A DNA stretch of 64,000 nt from positions 3,420 to 67,419 of the forward strand of contig JASEHE010000002.1 of NCBI GenBank assembly GCA_030018915.1, read 5' to 3'. The translations under genes and the position numbers were made by a program. Shown here piece after piece: positions 42,166 to 51,593 of this stretch. The notes beneath the pieces are model-generated. The model was not told the DNA's origin. It made no database searches and saw only the letters and a list, made by a program, of their open reading frames with translations. The DNA is from Verrucomicrobiota bacterium (GTDB lineage Bacteria > Verrucomicrobiota > Kiritimatiellia > UBA8416 > SLMC01). Each line of letters begins with the position of its first letter. Within the stretch, counting starts at the first letter, position 1.

Positions 42166-43065
42166 TCATGGCAGACGCTTCTTCGTTTCCAGCGCCGTTC
42201 CGAAAGCTTCCATCTCTTTCCGGAACTCCGCAGCCATGTCCGCCGGGTTCCCGCCGCCCGGCGCCGCGCCTACGGCGCCGCCGATCGCCCGGGAGGTCCG
42301 CAGCAGGACGCGAAGCCTGGGCGTCTCCAGCTCGCGCCTGCTTTCGCCAGCTTGGGGCTCGGCGCCCGCCCCCAGTTCCAGCATGGCCACGTGCGCGTCC
42401 GCTCTCAGCCTGGCAACGGCGTCGGCGGAGCACTGCCCTGTCTTCAACGCCTCAGTTGCTCGGCGTATCGCCAGTCCGGCGGCTTTTTTCTCGATGGCGT
42501 CGAACCGAACTTTGGCGAGGTCTTGATCCCCAACCCACTCCAGCGCGTAGAAAAGGCCGGATCGCGATTCCACCACGCGTCGGCCCTGATTGATAACGTC
42601 CTCCCTGCTCAGGATATCCCCGCCTGTCTTCTCCGCGAACGTCCACGCCTCCTCCACGCAGCTCGTCCACGCGGTTTTCTCCTCGGCCGTCAGTTCAGAG
42701 CGCTCGATGACGGTCAGGAACGGCCGCAGGGACTCCCGGCCGGCCAGGGCGCGACCCTTGCTTCGCAGCCAGGGCGCCAGGTATTCCCATGCGGAGCGCG
42801 GATCGTCCCTGACATATCGGACGTAGCCCCATGTCCCAGCGCCGGCCAGAATCAGGAGCAGCAAAACGGCGATGCTCCACTTCCCGCGCCGCCGTCCGTA
42901 GCGCCGCAGTTCGTCCACATTCCGCGCGAAAGTCAGGTCCGTCCGCATCGCGCCCCGCCTCCGGCTCAGGTCGCCGACAACAAGTGGAGAATCACGCCTC
43001 ACGCCTCTTCTTGCCGGAAGAAGACGACGCAGGACGCGTTCCACCAGAGCCGTATATGTTAGCAC
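42166..43065 (-). CDS. hypothetical membrane-anchored protein
   Basis: Single TM helix (WSIAVLLLLILAGAGTW) and no recognisable domain; true start is possibly the internal Met near 42948. Confidence 0.45.
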   Translation of the reverse strand: MLTYTALVERVLRRLLPARRGVRRDSPLVVGDLSRRRGAMRTDLTFARNVDELRRYGRRRGKWSIAVLLLLILAGAGTWGYVRYVRDDPRSAWEYLAPWLRSKGRALAGRESLRPFLTVIERSELTAEEKTAWTSCVEEAWTFAEKTGGDILSREDVINQGRRVVESRSGLFYALEWVGDQDLAKVRFDAIEKKAAGLAIRRATEALKTGQCSADAVARLRADAHVAMLELGAGAEPQAGESRRELETPRLRVLLRTSRAIGGAVGAAPGGGNPADMAAEFRKEMEAFGTALETKKRLP

Positions 43066-43179
43066 GGAGACGGACTATGACAAGCACAAGGCTGCGGCAT
43101 TGCAAATCGGCAATCCGTGTCAGGCAGGCGCATGTTTGGCTGATCATGAGCCGCGCGCGGAACCGATAACCGCCCGCCT

Positions 43180-45792
43180 CTATTCCGGCACTTCCTGCTT
43201 TGCGAGGACCGCCAGGCTGACGGCGCGCACCCGGCGATACACGTCAGCCGGCGCGCGTCGAACTCCCTCGATCGTCAACAGGTCTCTTTCGATTGAAATC
43301 CCGAAATACCGCTCGTTGGCCTGCAAATACGGGAGAATGAGCGCCCAGTCGTCCTCAGTGAAGTCGGCGAACTCGCCGCCGTTGAGCTGCTGCGGCTGGA
43401 TCAGCCGATGCGGGTCCCGCGCGTAGATCGCCCCGCCTGAAGCCAGGGAAAAGAGGTTACCGCCAGGGTACGGGCTTTCCTGGCTGCGGACCCGGCCACA
43501 ATCGTCGAACTCCACCCCGTTCAGGACGACAAACCCGCCCCTGTCGTACGGGTCGCCGGCCATAAACGACTCGGCCAAGAAGTCGAGGCAGGTGCCGTTG
43601 ATTACCACGCGCGGCCGGCCGGCCGCGTTGATCAGCGGCCGCCCTGCCGCGTTGCCCATCACATAGACATCGCCGCCCTTGGCGCCGTACATGAACGCCT
43701 GGCCCACGTCGCCGTAGACCACCAGCCGGCCACGCTTCATGATCTGGCCGAGCTGGTCCTGTCCGTTGTCGTGCGCATGTATTTCCAGCCCGTCAATGCC
43801 GGAGGCCAGATAGTCGCCCGAGCTGCCGTAGACATCAATTCGCGCGCCGTCCGAGCCCGGACCGAGCCCGCACCCCGTAAAACGCTGCCCGCGCAGTCGG
43901 TACACGATCAGGTGTTTCCAGCCGAGCCGGTAGGCGCGCACAGCGAGGCGCGCGTCGCAGTCGTCGCCCTCGGCTGGGAAGGCCTCCGCGTTGATGATCA
44001 GCGTCGTCTCCCCTGCCTTCGGCGCGCGCAGCGAGTTCCGCGCGCGCCATTCGATCCTTCGGACGCTGCTGCGTCCCTTCGCTCCAATGGCTGGCGCGCC
44101 GTCGAGGAGCGCGTCAATGCCGCGGCGCGCGATTTCAATCACGGCGCTTCGACGGAGCGGCCCACAATCGTAATGCAGGTCGTTCAGGCGGGTCAACAGG
44201 GCAAGTCCGTTGTCGAAAGCCGCCCCGCCCTCCCCAGCCCGGCGGACTGCTTCCAGCGCGATCCATCGCGCGTCGTCCGCGCCGCCCTCCGCGATAGCGC
44301 GCGTTGCGGCGGCAAACGCCGCGTCAAGGTTGCCCGCCTTCAGGGCGCGGCCCGCCTCGCGCGACGCGGCGGCTGCGGGCTGCGGCGCCCGCTTCCAATT
44401 CACCCGCCAGTCACCGGTCGGCGCGCGGATGATCCGACCGAACTTGTCCGCGCACTCGACCGCGCGGACTCCGTTGGTCCCGGTGACCGTGAACGCGAAG
44501 GCGCCGCCGTCCGTGTGGCTGCCGCCGCGGGCGTTCCAGTAGCGGTCCGCCACCTGCCGAAAGCGCGGGTCTTCGCGGTTCAGCGAGCGCAGGATGGCGT
44601 CAATCGCCTGTTTCTCCGAGGCGATCACGCCGATGGAGACATCCCCCTCCTGCAACGCGAACACCTGCGGACGGAGCATGGCTGTGTCGGTAATGCCCAG
44701 GAGCTGGTACTTTGCGTTGTCCGGATCGCTGCGCGCGATGATGAAGAACCACGGCCCGTCCGGCGATCCGTGCATGTGGGCGGCCTGGATGGCGCGGTAG
44801 ACGCGCTTCTTGTTGTCGGGGAGCCGGTCGAAATCCATTTCGGTCGTCGGCGCAAGCGCTTCGATCACATACTCCAGCGGGTAGCGGTAGACTCGTGTCC
44901 AGAGATCGAAGAGCAGCGCGGCAACTTCCGTGTCGGTCAGAAACAAAGGCGTCATGTTGTGCTGCCGGAGGTATTCGCAAATGCTGAAGTAGTTGGCGAA
45001 ATCGCCGTTGTGCACCAGCGCCTCGTTCATCCCAATGAACGGGTGGGCGCCGCCCGGATGCCACACTCGTCCCTTGGTCGGGTAGCGCTGGTGCGCGATC
45101 CAGACGCGCGCCCGCAGGTCTTCCAGCCCGTAGTATTGAACAACCTGCTCGGCGTAGCCCACGATCTTGAAGATCATGAGGTCCCGCGCGTGGGAGAGCA
45201 CAAAGGCCCGCTTCTCGCCCAGCGAGGCGTAGAACCGAGTGTTCAGCCGGAAACTGTTGCGGCACACGTATTCGTCCTCGACCCACCGTTCCGGCGCCTT
45301 GCCGAGGTTGTTCTCCATGACGAAACGAGCCAACTCCACCGGCTTGACCCGCGCGAAATAGCGGACAACGTCCGGCGGTTTCACTTCCAGGCCGACCTCC
45401 CGGTAGTGGGCCGCCGGCCGTATTTTTACTTTGTGGTCCACTCGAAAGAACGGCGCCACGAACGTCCGCTCCATTTCTTTTTCGGCCTTGGGGTCCAGCA
45501 GGGCGACCTGCAACAGGTAGTCCTGGCGCAGCGTCTCCGCGTCCACGCCGAGCCGGCGAGGCTCCATGGCCGCCACGGCAATGCCCCCGCCCTTGCCGTT
45601 GCCGCGGTTGTGCATCCGCGCGGACGGCTCGAATATGTTCCGGCCGCTCACCGGCACGCCGGCGGCAAAGCCCACCACGCCGCAGCCGCCCTCCTCGTCC
45701 GCTTTGCGGCGCGGCACGGACGGCCCGGTCGGCAGGCTTGCGCGGGCGGCCAGCAGCCGTCGCGCCAAGGTTTCAGTCGAGCGGCTCGTCAT
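43180..45792 (-). CDS. glutamate-synthase-like protein: class-II glutamine amidotransferase domain fused to GXGXG (GltB C-terminal) domain
   Basis: N-terminal Ntn motif GGCGVVGF; C-terminal YGDVGQAFMYGAKGGDVYVMGNAAGR...INGTCLDFLAESFMAGD GXGXG repeats. Confidence 0.75.
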   Translation of the reverse strand: MTSRSTETLARRLLAARASLPTGPSVPRRKADEEGGCGVVGFAAGVPVSGRNIFEPSARMHNRGNGKGGGIAVAAMEPRRLGVDAETLRQDYLLQVALLDPKAEKEMERTFVAPFFRVDHKVKIRPAAHYREVGLEVKPPDVVRYFARVKPVELARFVMENNLGKAPERWVEDEYVCRNSFRLNTRFYASLGEKRAFVLSHARDLMIFKIVGYAEQVVQYYGLEDLRARVWIAHQRYPTKGRVWHPGGAHPFIGMNEALVHNGDFANYFSICEYLRQHNMTPLFLTDTEVAALLFDLWTRVYRYPLEYVIEALAPTTEMDFDRLPDNKKRVYRAIQAAHMHGSPDGPWFFIIARSDPDNAKYQLLGITDTAMLRPQVFALQEGDVSIGVIASEKQAIDAILRSLNREDPRFRQVADRYWNARGGSHTDGGAFAFTVTGTNGVRAVECADKFGRIIRAPTGDWRVNWKRAPQPAAAASREAGRALKAGNLDAAFAAATRAIAEGGADDARWIALEAVRRAGEGGAAFDNGLALLTRLNDLHYDCGPLRRSAVIEIARRGIDALLDGAPAIGAKGRSSVRRIEWRARNSLRAPKAGETTLIINAEAFPAEGDDCDARLAVRAYRLGWKHLIVYRLRGQRFTGCGLGPGSDGARIDVYGSSGDYLASGIDGLEIHAHDNGQDQLGQIMKRGRLVVYGDVGQAFMYGAKGGDVYVMGNAAGRPLINAAGRPRVVINGTCLDFLAESFMAGDPYDRGGFVVLNGVEFDDCGRVRSQESPYPGGNLFSLASGGAIYARDPHRLIQPQQLNGGEFADFTEDDWALILPYLQANERYFGISIERDLLTIEGVRRAPADVYRRVRAVSLAVLAKQEVPE

Positions 45793-45813
45793 GGCGATGA
45801 ACTCAGATTCAAG

Positions 45814-45860
45814 GGTTCATGGTTCAGGGTTCAAGCCCGCGGTTGAGGTTCCAGTTTTCC
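45814..45860. repeat. heptanucleotide repeat tract (GGTTCAT GGTTCAG GGTTCAA ... GGTTGAG GTTCCAG)
   Basis: Lies in the spacer between the two glutamate-synthase-like genes; followed by the perfect hairpin GCCGAAGGC-ggatca-GCCTTCGGC. Confidence 0.5.
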
Positions 45861-46083
45861 GCCGAAGGCGGATCAGCCTTCGGCGGGCAAGTTTCCACCT
45901 GAATCTTGCACGTCTTTTCCATGCATCGCCCTCAGTGCCGCTCTGTGCGGCCCTCTGCGTGCAAGAAGTTTCTTGCACGGCATCACCCATATGGTTACGC
46001 GGACTATGACACGCAAAATCGTTCTACTGCCTGCTACGACGCGTTCATTCGGCCGTGGGGTCGTCCGGGCGGCGCAAGATTCA

Positions 46084-46110
46084 GGTTCCAGTTTCCAGTT
46101 TCGACTTTCC
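46084..46110. repeat. heptanucleotide repeat tract (GGTTCCA GTTTCCA GTTTCGA)
   Basis: Immediately 3' of the stop of the 46111 gene. Confidence 0.45.
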
Positions 46111-49077
46111 TCACGTCCCCTCATAATCCAGGTGCCGCAGCAAATCGCTTCGCCCCACCAGCTCGCGGATGCCGCGCATCCCGAGCCGCCAACAGATTCC
46201 CTGGAGCTGGATACGCCAGGAACTGAACAAATTGACCAGTCGTTGAGTGGCCCAGCCGACGTCAAATGCCGCAGCCAGTTCCGGGTCGGTCGTCGCAATC
46301 CCGCGTGGACAGCCCCGCCCGCTCTCGCACACGCCGCAGCGAACGCACTCCAGCGCCACCATCTCCGCCGTCCCGATCACCACCCCGTCCGCCCCGAGGG
46401 CAATGGCCTTGGCCGCGTCCCAGGCGGACCGCAGCCCGCCGGACGCCACGAGCGTGATGGCCTCACGGACGCCTTCTTCCTTCAAGAAACGATGGACCTT
46501 GGGGATCGCGTACTCGATGGGCATGGCAATGTTCTTCTTGGCGATGTCGGGGGCGGCGCCCGTGCCGCCGTAGCTGCCGTCCAGATGCACGATGTGCGCG
46601 CCGGCGTAGTAACTGCCGACGGCCACCATGTCCACATCGCTCGGCGTGGAGACCTTGACGGACACGAGCGCCCGCGGATTGATCTGCTTGATCCAGTCCA
46701 CGTGCTTCTTGTGGTCCTCCACCGAGTAGACCGAGTGGAATGGGAACGGCGAGAACAGCGCGCTGCCTTCGACCGCCTCGCGCAAAGCCGCCACGGCCGG
46801 CGTCACCTTATCGCCCAGCAGGTGGCCGCCAAGCCCGGGCTTGGCGCCCTGCGCATACTTGAACTCCACGATCCGCGCGCGCCGGATCGTATCTTCCCGC
46901 ACGCCGAAGAGCCCCGTGGCCACCTGGGTGATCACGGAATCAGCGCAGGGCTTCAATTCTTTTGGATACCCGCCCTCCCCCGTGCAGGTGAACGACCCGA
47001 ACATGCCGTAGGCGCGGGCCCGGGCCAACATGGTCGGCAGACTGATTGACCCGAAACTCATTCCGCCGCCGTAGACCGGAAAGCCGATCGTCACACGAGG
47101 CCGGCCGTCGGAACGCCGGTTCAAGGGAATGCTCAGATCAACCGCCTCCGGACGAAAGCGGCCCGAGTGGGATCGCTCGGGGATACGCAGGCCGATCCGG
47201 TCGAACCCGCCGCCAGAGGCGCCGGTGCGGTACTCCAGGTCGTCCGGCGGAAGGCCCGTCTCCGCCTGCCGCCAGGTCCCCACGATCAGGTCCGGAGTCC
47301 AACGCGGATCGCCGAATGTCTCCCAGACCGGATCGGGGCCCACCCGCAGAGCCTTGGCCGGGCAGTGATCCGCGCAGAACCGGCCGGTCTGGCGGCAGAC
47401 TTCGGCGCCGCGGCAGAGCGCAGCCGTCGGTTCCAGAATCCGGGGCCCACGCCGCTTGTGAACTCCGTATGCGCAGACCTTCACGCACTCGCCGCAGGCA
47501 ATGCACGCGACCGCGCGCGCGACCTGGTAGCGGCCCAGCATATTGCGATAGCGCGAGGGACAGAGGGCCGCGTGTTTGCTCGCCGGACCGGACGGCGGGC
47601 GCGACACCGGCGTCGCCTTTCCCGGTCGCGCCACCTCAGCGCCCAGTTCCAGCGCTTCGGGGACGATTCCGTCAGCCGGATGGATCGGCGCGCCGCGCTT
47701 GCGCGCGCCGAACACGGGCCCGAAATTCTCGCGTTCCAGGTCGTCGAAAAACATCGCGCGTCCCAGTTCCCCGCGAAGCCGCCGCGCTTCCCGCAGCCCC
47801 ATGGCGCCAAGCACCTCGATGAGCTGCGAGTGCCACGAGGCAATCATGTTGGCGATGCGCCGGCCGCCCCATCGCACCGGCGCCTCATCGAGCCTGACCG
47901 GGCACGCGTCGCGCTGCTCGCAATCCGGGCACAACCGGCATTCCATGGCCGCCAGCAGCGCCGTGTCAACGCAGACGCCATCCGCGCCGCAGGCTATTGT
48001 CTTGGCCATATGCTCGGCCATGGCGATGCCGCCGGAAAGAATGATCGTCAACCGGTCGCGAAGTCGCTCCTTGAGCAGAGCGAAGTGCGCCTCGCGAACG
48101 AGCCGCGTCACGAAGTCCCCCTGCCTGGCGCCAAGGCCGCGGCCGCGGCGGTCGGCGCGCAGGCGCAGGAAACCGGCGCCCGCCCGCGCGGCGATCAGGG
48201 TCCGCTCCACCGCGAATTCGTCCAGTGGAATCTCGACGCCCAGGACCGTCGCTCGATAGCGCTCCCCAAGCTCGGCCAGAACGCCCGCCAGGGAGTCCGA
48301 GAACGGCGCCTCAACGGCAGGCACGCCTCCGAGATCGCGCGCGAGGTCCTGCCCGGCGCCCAGGCGCGCGATCGCGCGGTCGCGGAAATGCGCGAGCGAC
48401 CCGGCCAGGTCCTCGACCGAGGCCCACAGCATCGTCTTCAGAATCCTGGCGGCTTCGCCGATCGCCTGCCGCGTCGTATCGGTCACGAACGGATTGGCGG
48501 GCGCCTCCAGGATCACCGGGATCGGCAGTTCCAGGAAAGGCGGGACGCGCGTCCGCAAACCACCATCCGCATCGAACCGGAGAATGTCTGGCCGCAGGCC
48601 CAGTTCGATCACGGTGCTGATGTACTCCCGGCCATGAATGCCGTCCCTGGTGGGCCGCACGATTTCGGACATATCGGTCCACATCTCGTCGAAGCCGGGG
48701 CCGGCAAATGGCCCACGATAGCCTGCGCCGGACACGGGAATCCGCCCGGTTTCGGCCTGCTTCCAGATGCCGGCGATGATCTCCGGCGTCCAGTGATCGT
48801 CGCCGATCCGGTCATAGAGCGGGTTGCGCGCGCGGGTAATGATGTTGCCCTTGCACTCCTGGAGACAGCGCAGACAGTTCACGCACAGGACGTCCGTCGT
48901 GTCCACGACCTGGCTCGGATCGAACTGACCTTTCAGGTAGGCGCCGTAGACGCAGGCATCCCGCTTGACGCAGCGGAGACACCCCATGCAGTTGCGGATT
49001 TCGATCCGGTTGTAGCGCGACACTGGCGCAAACCGCGGCGGCGCCTCGTGGATAGGAATATGATACTTGTCCGACAT
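46111..49077 (-). CDS. glutamate-synthase FMN-binding (GltB domain 2-like) oxidoreductase with N-terminal 4Fe-4S ferredoxin clusters and an internal degenerate duplication
   Basis: CxxCxxC...C clusters at the N-terminus. C-terminal half carries GLGGHLLGDKV, GSYGGTGAAP, VASGGLRSAWDAAKAIALGADGV. The middle region repeats the same fold (SGGIAMAEHMAKTIACGADGV). Confidence 0.75.
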   Translation of the reverse strand: MSDKYHIPIHEAPPRFAPVSRYNRIEIRNCMGCLRCVKRDACVYGAYLKGQFDPSQVVDTTDVLCVNCLRCLQECKGNIITRARNPLYDRIGDDHWTPEIIAGIWKQAETGRIPVSGAGYRGPFAGPGFDEMWTDMSEIVRPTRDGIHGREYISTVIELGLRPDILRFDADGGLRTRVPPFLELPIPVILEAPANPFVTDTTRQAIGEAARILKTMLWASVEDLAGSLAHFRDRAIARLGAGQDLARDLGGVPAVEAPFSDSLAGVLAELGERYRATVLGVEIPLDEFAVERTLIAARAGAGFLRLRADRRGRGLGARQGDFVTRLVREAHFALLKERLRDRLTIILSGGIAMAEHMAKTIACGADGVCVDTALLAAMECRLCPDCEQRDACPVRLDEAPVRWGGRRIANMIASWHSQLIEVLGAMGLREARRLRGELGRAMFFDDLERENFGPVFGARKRGAPIHPADGIVPEALELGAEVARPGKATPVSRPPSGPASKHAALCPSRYRNMLGRYQVARAVACIACGECVKVCAYGVHKRRGPRILEPTAALCRGAEVCRQTGRFCADHCPAKALRVGPDPVWETFGDPRWTPDLIVGTWRQAETGLPPDDLEYRTGASGGGFDRIGLRIPERSHSGRFRPEAVDLSIPLNRRSDGRPRVTIGFPVYGGGMSFGSISLPTMLARARAYGMFGSFTCTGEGGYPKELKPCADSVITQVATGLFGVREDTIRRARIVEFKYAQGAKPGLGGHLLGDKVTPAVAALREAVEGSALFSPFPFHSVYSVEDHKKHVDWIKQINPRALVSVKVSTPSDVDMVAVGSYYAGAHIVHLDGSYGGTGAAPDIAKKNIAMPIEYAIPKVHRFLKEEGVREAITLVASGGLRSAWDAAKAIALGADGVVIGTAEMVALECVRCGVCESGRGCPRGIATTDPELAAAFDVGWATQRLVNLFSSWRIQLQGICWRLGMRGIRELVGRSDLLRHLDYEGT

Positions 49078-49097
49078 CGCTTTCCTGTAATGCCGGG

Positions 49098-49511
49098 CTA
49101 CGGAGTCGGCCGGCTTGCCTGCTGCAGGCGGCCGGCGGCGAACCTCAGCAGGTCCTCTTCCGTAAAGCCGCTGCCCCGCGTCAGTCCGACTCGTTGCGCG
49201 CTCAGCGCCATCTCGTCGAGAAAACGCCGCACATGTCCCAAGCGCCGCTCGGCCTTGACATTACCCACCAGGAACCGACACTGCCCTTCAGGGCAGGCTG
49301 CGATTTCGACCGCCTCTGCGCCGTTTTCCAGCAGCCTCATGACAAACAGCGGCTCCACCTTGCTGCTGCACGGGAGTATCATCAGGCGCACCCGACAGTC
49401 CGGCCGCTCGCGCGCTACGTTGGCGGCCACCGCGCCCTGCTTCACGCAGCGGCGACAGTACAGGACCACCACCTCCGGCAGTCCGCGCCTGTCTTCGGCA
49501 TGTTCGTTCAT
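49098..49511 (-). CDS. MvhD/FlpD-like hydrogenase iron-sulfur subunit family protein
   Basis: VVVLYCRRC...ILPCSSKVEP...ENGAEAVEIAACPEGQCRFLVGN matches the Pfam FlpD pattern; start at an internal Met. Confidence 0.6.
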   Translation of the reverse strand: MNEHAEDRRGLPEVVVLYCRRCVKQGAVAANVARERPDCRVRLMILPCSSKVEPLFVMRLLENGAEAVEIAACPEGQCRFLVGNVKAERRLGHVRRFLDEMALSAQRVGLTRGSGFTEEDLLRFAAGRLQQASRPTP

Positions 49512-49763
49512 AGTCCGCGACTTCGTGAACGACGGTTCGGAGAGCGTCAGCCCGGCGATCGACTCCAGCCCATGCGGTTCGACAGAGAAGGGCCGGAGTG
49601 TGGCGCATCGCCTATTCTTTTTCAAGGCGAAAGAACATCGTCTATTCCTCCGGTCATGCCGAGGCGTAGTTCGGAGCGGAACTTGGCAGGCCCGTCTTCG
49701 TCCCTCGCGGACTCGGGACTACGCCGGGCAGTCTTCGCTTGGAGCGGAGCGACGAACAAAGAC

Positions 49764-49852
49764 TGGCGGAGAGGGAGGGATTCGAACCCCCGGCGCCTTT
49801 TGGGCGCTCACGCTCTCCAGGCGTGCACCTTAAACCACTCGGTCACCTCTCC
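49764..49852 (-). tRNA. tRNA-Ser (anticodon GGA)
   Basis: GGAGAGGUGACCGAGUGGUUUAAGG...CCUGGAGAG...GGGGGUUCGAAUCCCUCCCUCUCCGCCA; long variable arm; close to E. coli tRNA-Ser(GGA). Confidence 0.85.
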
Positions 49853-50099
49853 GCATCTGCTCAAAGAGTCCCTTGAGCTTCCTGCGTCCAGCCCCGCTCT
49901 TGAAGTATCGTTCCATTTGCCGGGCCTGTGCATAGGTCCCGGCGAGTTCGCAGTGGACCAAGGCCCACGGGGCGCCGCGGCGCGTGGCGCGGACCCGTCC
50001 CTGATTGTGGGCGTTCACGCGTTCGTTGACATCGTGAGAACACCCGACATACGAACGTGCCGATGTCGCGCTGAAGAGAACGCATACGTACCAAGACAT
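49830..50099 (-). CDS. GIY-YIG nuclease family protein (UPF0213/YhbQ-like)
   Basis: MSWYVCVLFSATSARSYVGCSHDVNERVNAHN...TRRGAPWALVH; the last 7 codons and the stop are encoded by the 5' part of tRNA-Ser. Confidence 0.6.
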   Translation of the reverse strand: MSWYVCVLFSATSARSYVGCSHDVNERVNAHNQGRVRATRRGAPWALVHCELAGTYAQARQMERYFKSGAGRRKLKGLFEQMRRGDRVV

Positions 50100-50130
50100 T
50101 TTGTCACGACCCGCCCCGAGGCGGGGCGGA

Positions 50131-50158
50131 TACCTTCAACCACTCGGTCACCCCTCCC
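50131..50158 (-). repeat. duplicated 5' fragment (acceptor stem + D arm) of tRNA-Ser
   Basis: GGGAGGGGTGACCGAGTGGTTGAAGGTA matches the first 27 nt of the tRNA-Ser at 49852 (24/27); followed by a 6-bp hairpin and the GIY-YIG start. Confidence 0.5.
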
Positions 50159-50321
50159 TTGGCGGCCGAATTGCGCGAAACCGCCGGCCGATAGCCTAGC
50201 GCATGGCGCGCGCGGACGCCAGACGTTTTTTGCGTGACAGGCGCTGTGTGGCCGCTATATTCAACGAATTGTGCCTTCGGGACTGTAAGCCCGCGTGGCA
50301 CGCGCGCTCTTCGGAGGCCGC

Positions 50322-51158
50322 ATGCATCCGGTGGTTAACCATCTGATCCAACTCCAGGAACTCACACTTATCAAGGACGAACAGCAGGCCGCCCAGCGAA
50401 AGGAACACCTCGAGAAGCTCGACGAAGCCATCAAGGAGATGACGCAGCAGTTGCCTCCGTTTGTCCGCGACCGGTTCACGCGGCTGAACAAGAAGGATCA
50501 CATTGTGATCGCGCCTATCTCCGAGGGGATGTGCGCGATCTGCCGCATGCTGCTGCCGATCAGCCTGGCGCAGAGCGTGAAGGTGGGCAAGGACGTTCTG
50601 TCGTGTCCGAATTGTGCCCGGATGCTGTATTTTCCGTACTCGGCGCCGCAGTGGGTGGGGGCGCGACATCGGCGAAGCGCCCCGCCCAAAGCCGGCATCT
50701 CGCGGTTTTCCGCCGACACTCTGATGATTCCCAAACTTGAAGCGGAAACGCGCGAGGGCGCCATCCGGGAACTGGCCTGCAAGATGGAGAGCGAGGGGTT
50801 CGTGGACAAGGCGGAGAAACTGGTGGAGGCTGCGCTCCGGCGGGAGGCGGTCGTGAGCACGGGCTTCGATCATGGTCTGGCGTTTCCGCACGCCAGGGGA
50901 GTGGAGGGCGGCGGGCTGACTCTGGCCCTGGGCGTCAGCCGCAAAGGCATTGACTTCGACGGTGTCGGGAAGTCCCTGGCGCACATCATCTTCTTTCTGG
51001 CTATTCCCACCGCCGCCAGCGCCTTCTATCTGAAGCTGCTGGCCGGTCTGACCGAGACCTTCATGGCCGCCGACGCGCGCAAGGCCCTGCTGGCCGAGAA
51101 GGAGCCGGAGAAGCTCTGGAAGGCGCTGGTCCGCGTCACCCGCAGCGCCGTCAAGTAG
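50322..51158 (+). CDS. fusion of a Zn-ribbon/coiled-coil domain and a PTS EIIA(Ntr)-type domain (PtsN-like)
   Basis: N-terminus CAICRM...CPNCARMLY after a coiled coil (COG1579-like). C-terminal GFDHGLAFPHARGVEGGGLTLALGVSRKGIDF...HIIFFLAIP resembles the EIIA-2/PtsN fold. Confidence 0.6.
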   Translation: MHPVVNHLIQLQELTLIKDEQQAAQRKEHLEKLDEAIKEMTQQLPPFVRDRFTRLNKKDHIVIAPISEGMCAICRMLLPISLAQSVKVGKDVLSCPNCARMLYFPYSAPQWVGARHRRSAPPKAGISRFSADTLMIPKLEAETREGAIRELACKMESEGFVDKAEKLVEAALRREAVVSTGFDHGLAFPHARGVEGGGLTLALGVSRKGIDFDGVGKSLAHIIFFLAIPTAASAFYLKLLAGLTETFMAADARKALLAEKEPEKLWKALVRVTRSAVK

Positions 51159-51593
51159 AGCGCGCCCGCCCGGAGGCAGGATGCGCGGAGACGTTTCGGC
51201 TGGCGTGGCGCGGCGAAAGACCGGGAGCACGGAGGCCAGGTAGGCGCGCAGCGCGTGGGCGTCCTTCAGCGCCGGCTCTCGGCCGAGAGCGCGTTTTCGG
51301 GATAGACGGCGAGCTTGCAATAGCCCCGGCCGCAGGCGCGGCCCGGATAGAAAGTCGTGAAACGGAGATTGGCGGAGAGTCGCTTCTCCCGCGCGCCGCG
51401 GGCGGCCGCGCAGGAAACCCGCGCGGCGGTGAACTCGTCAAGGTCTTCCAGGTTCTCGAAACGAGCCGGGAAGCCCGCCAACGGCAGGAGTCGGATGGAT
51501 ACGAGGGTTTTTCGCAATTCGTGATGCCTGAATCTTGCGCCGGTCAAAGGCCACGAGAATTGCTGACGAGCGCGCATCCTCCTCATTCCGTCC

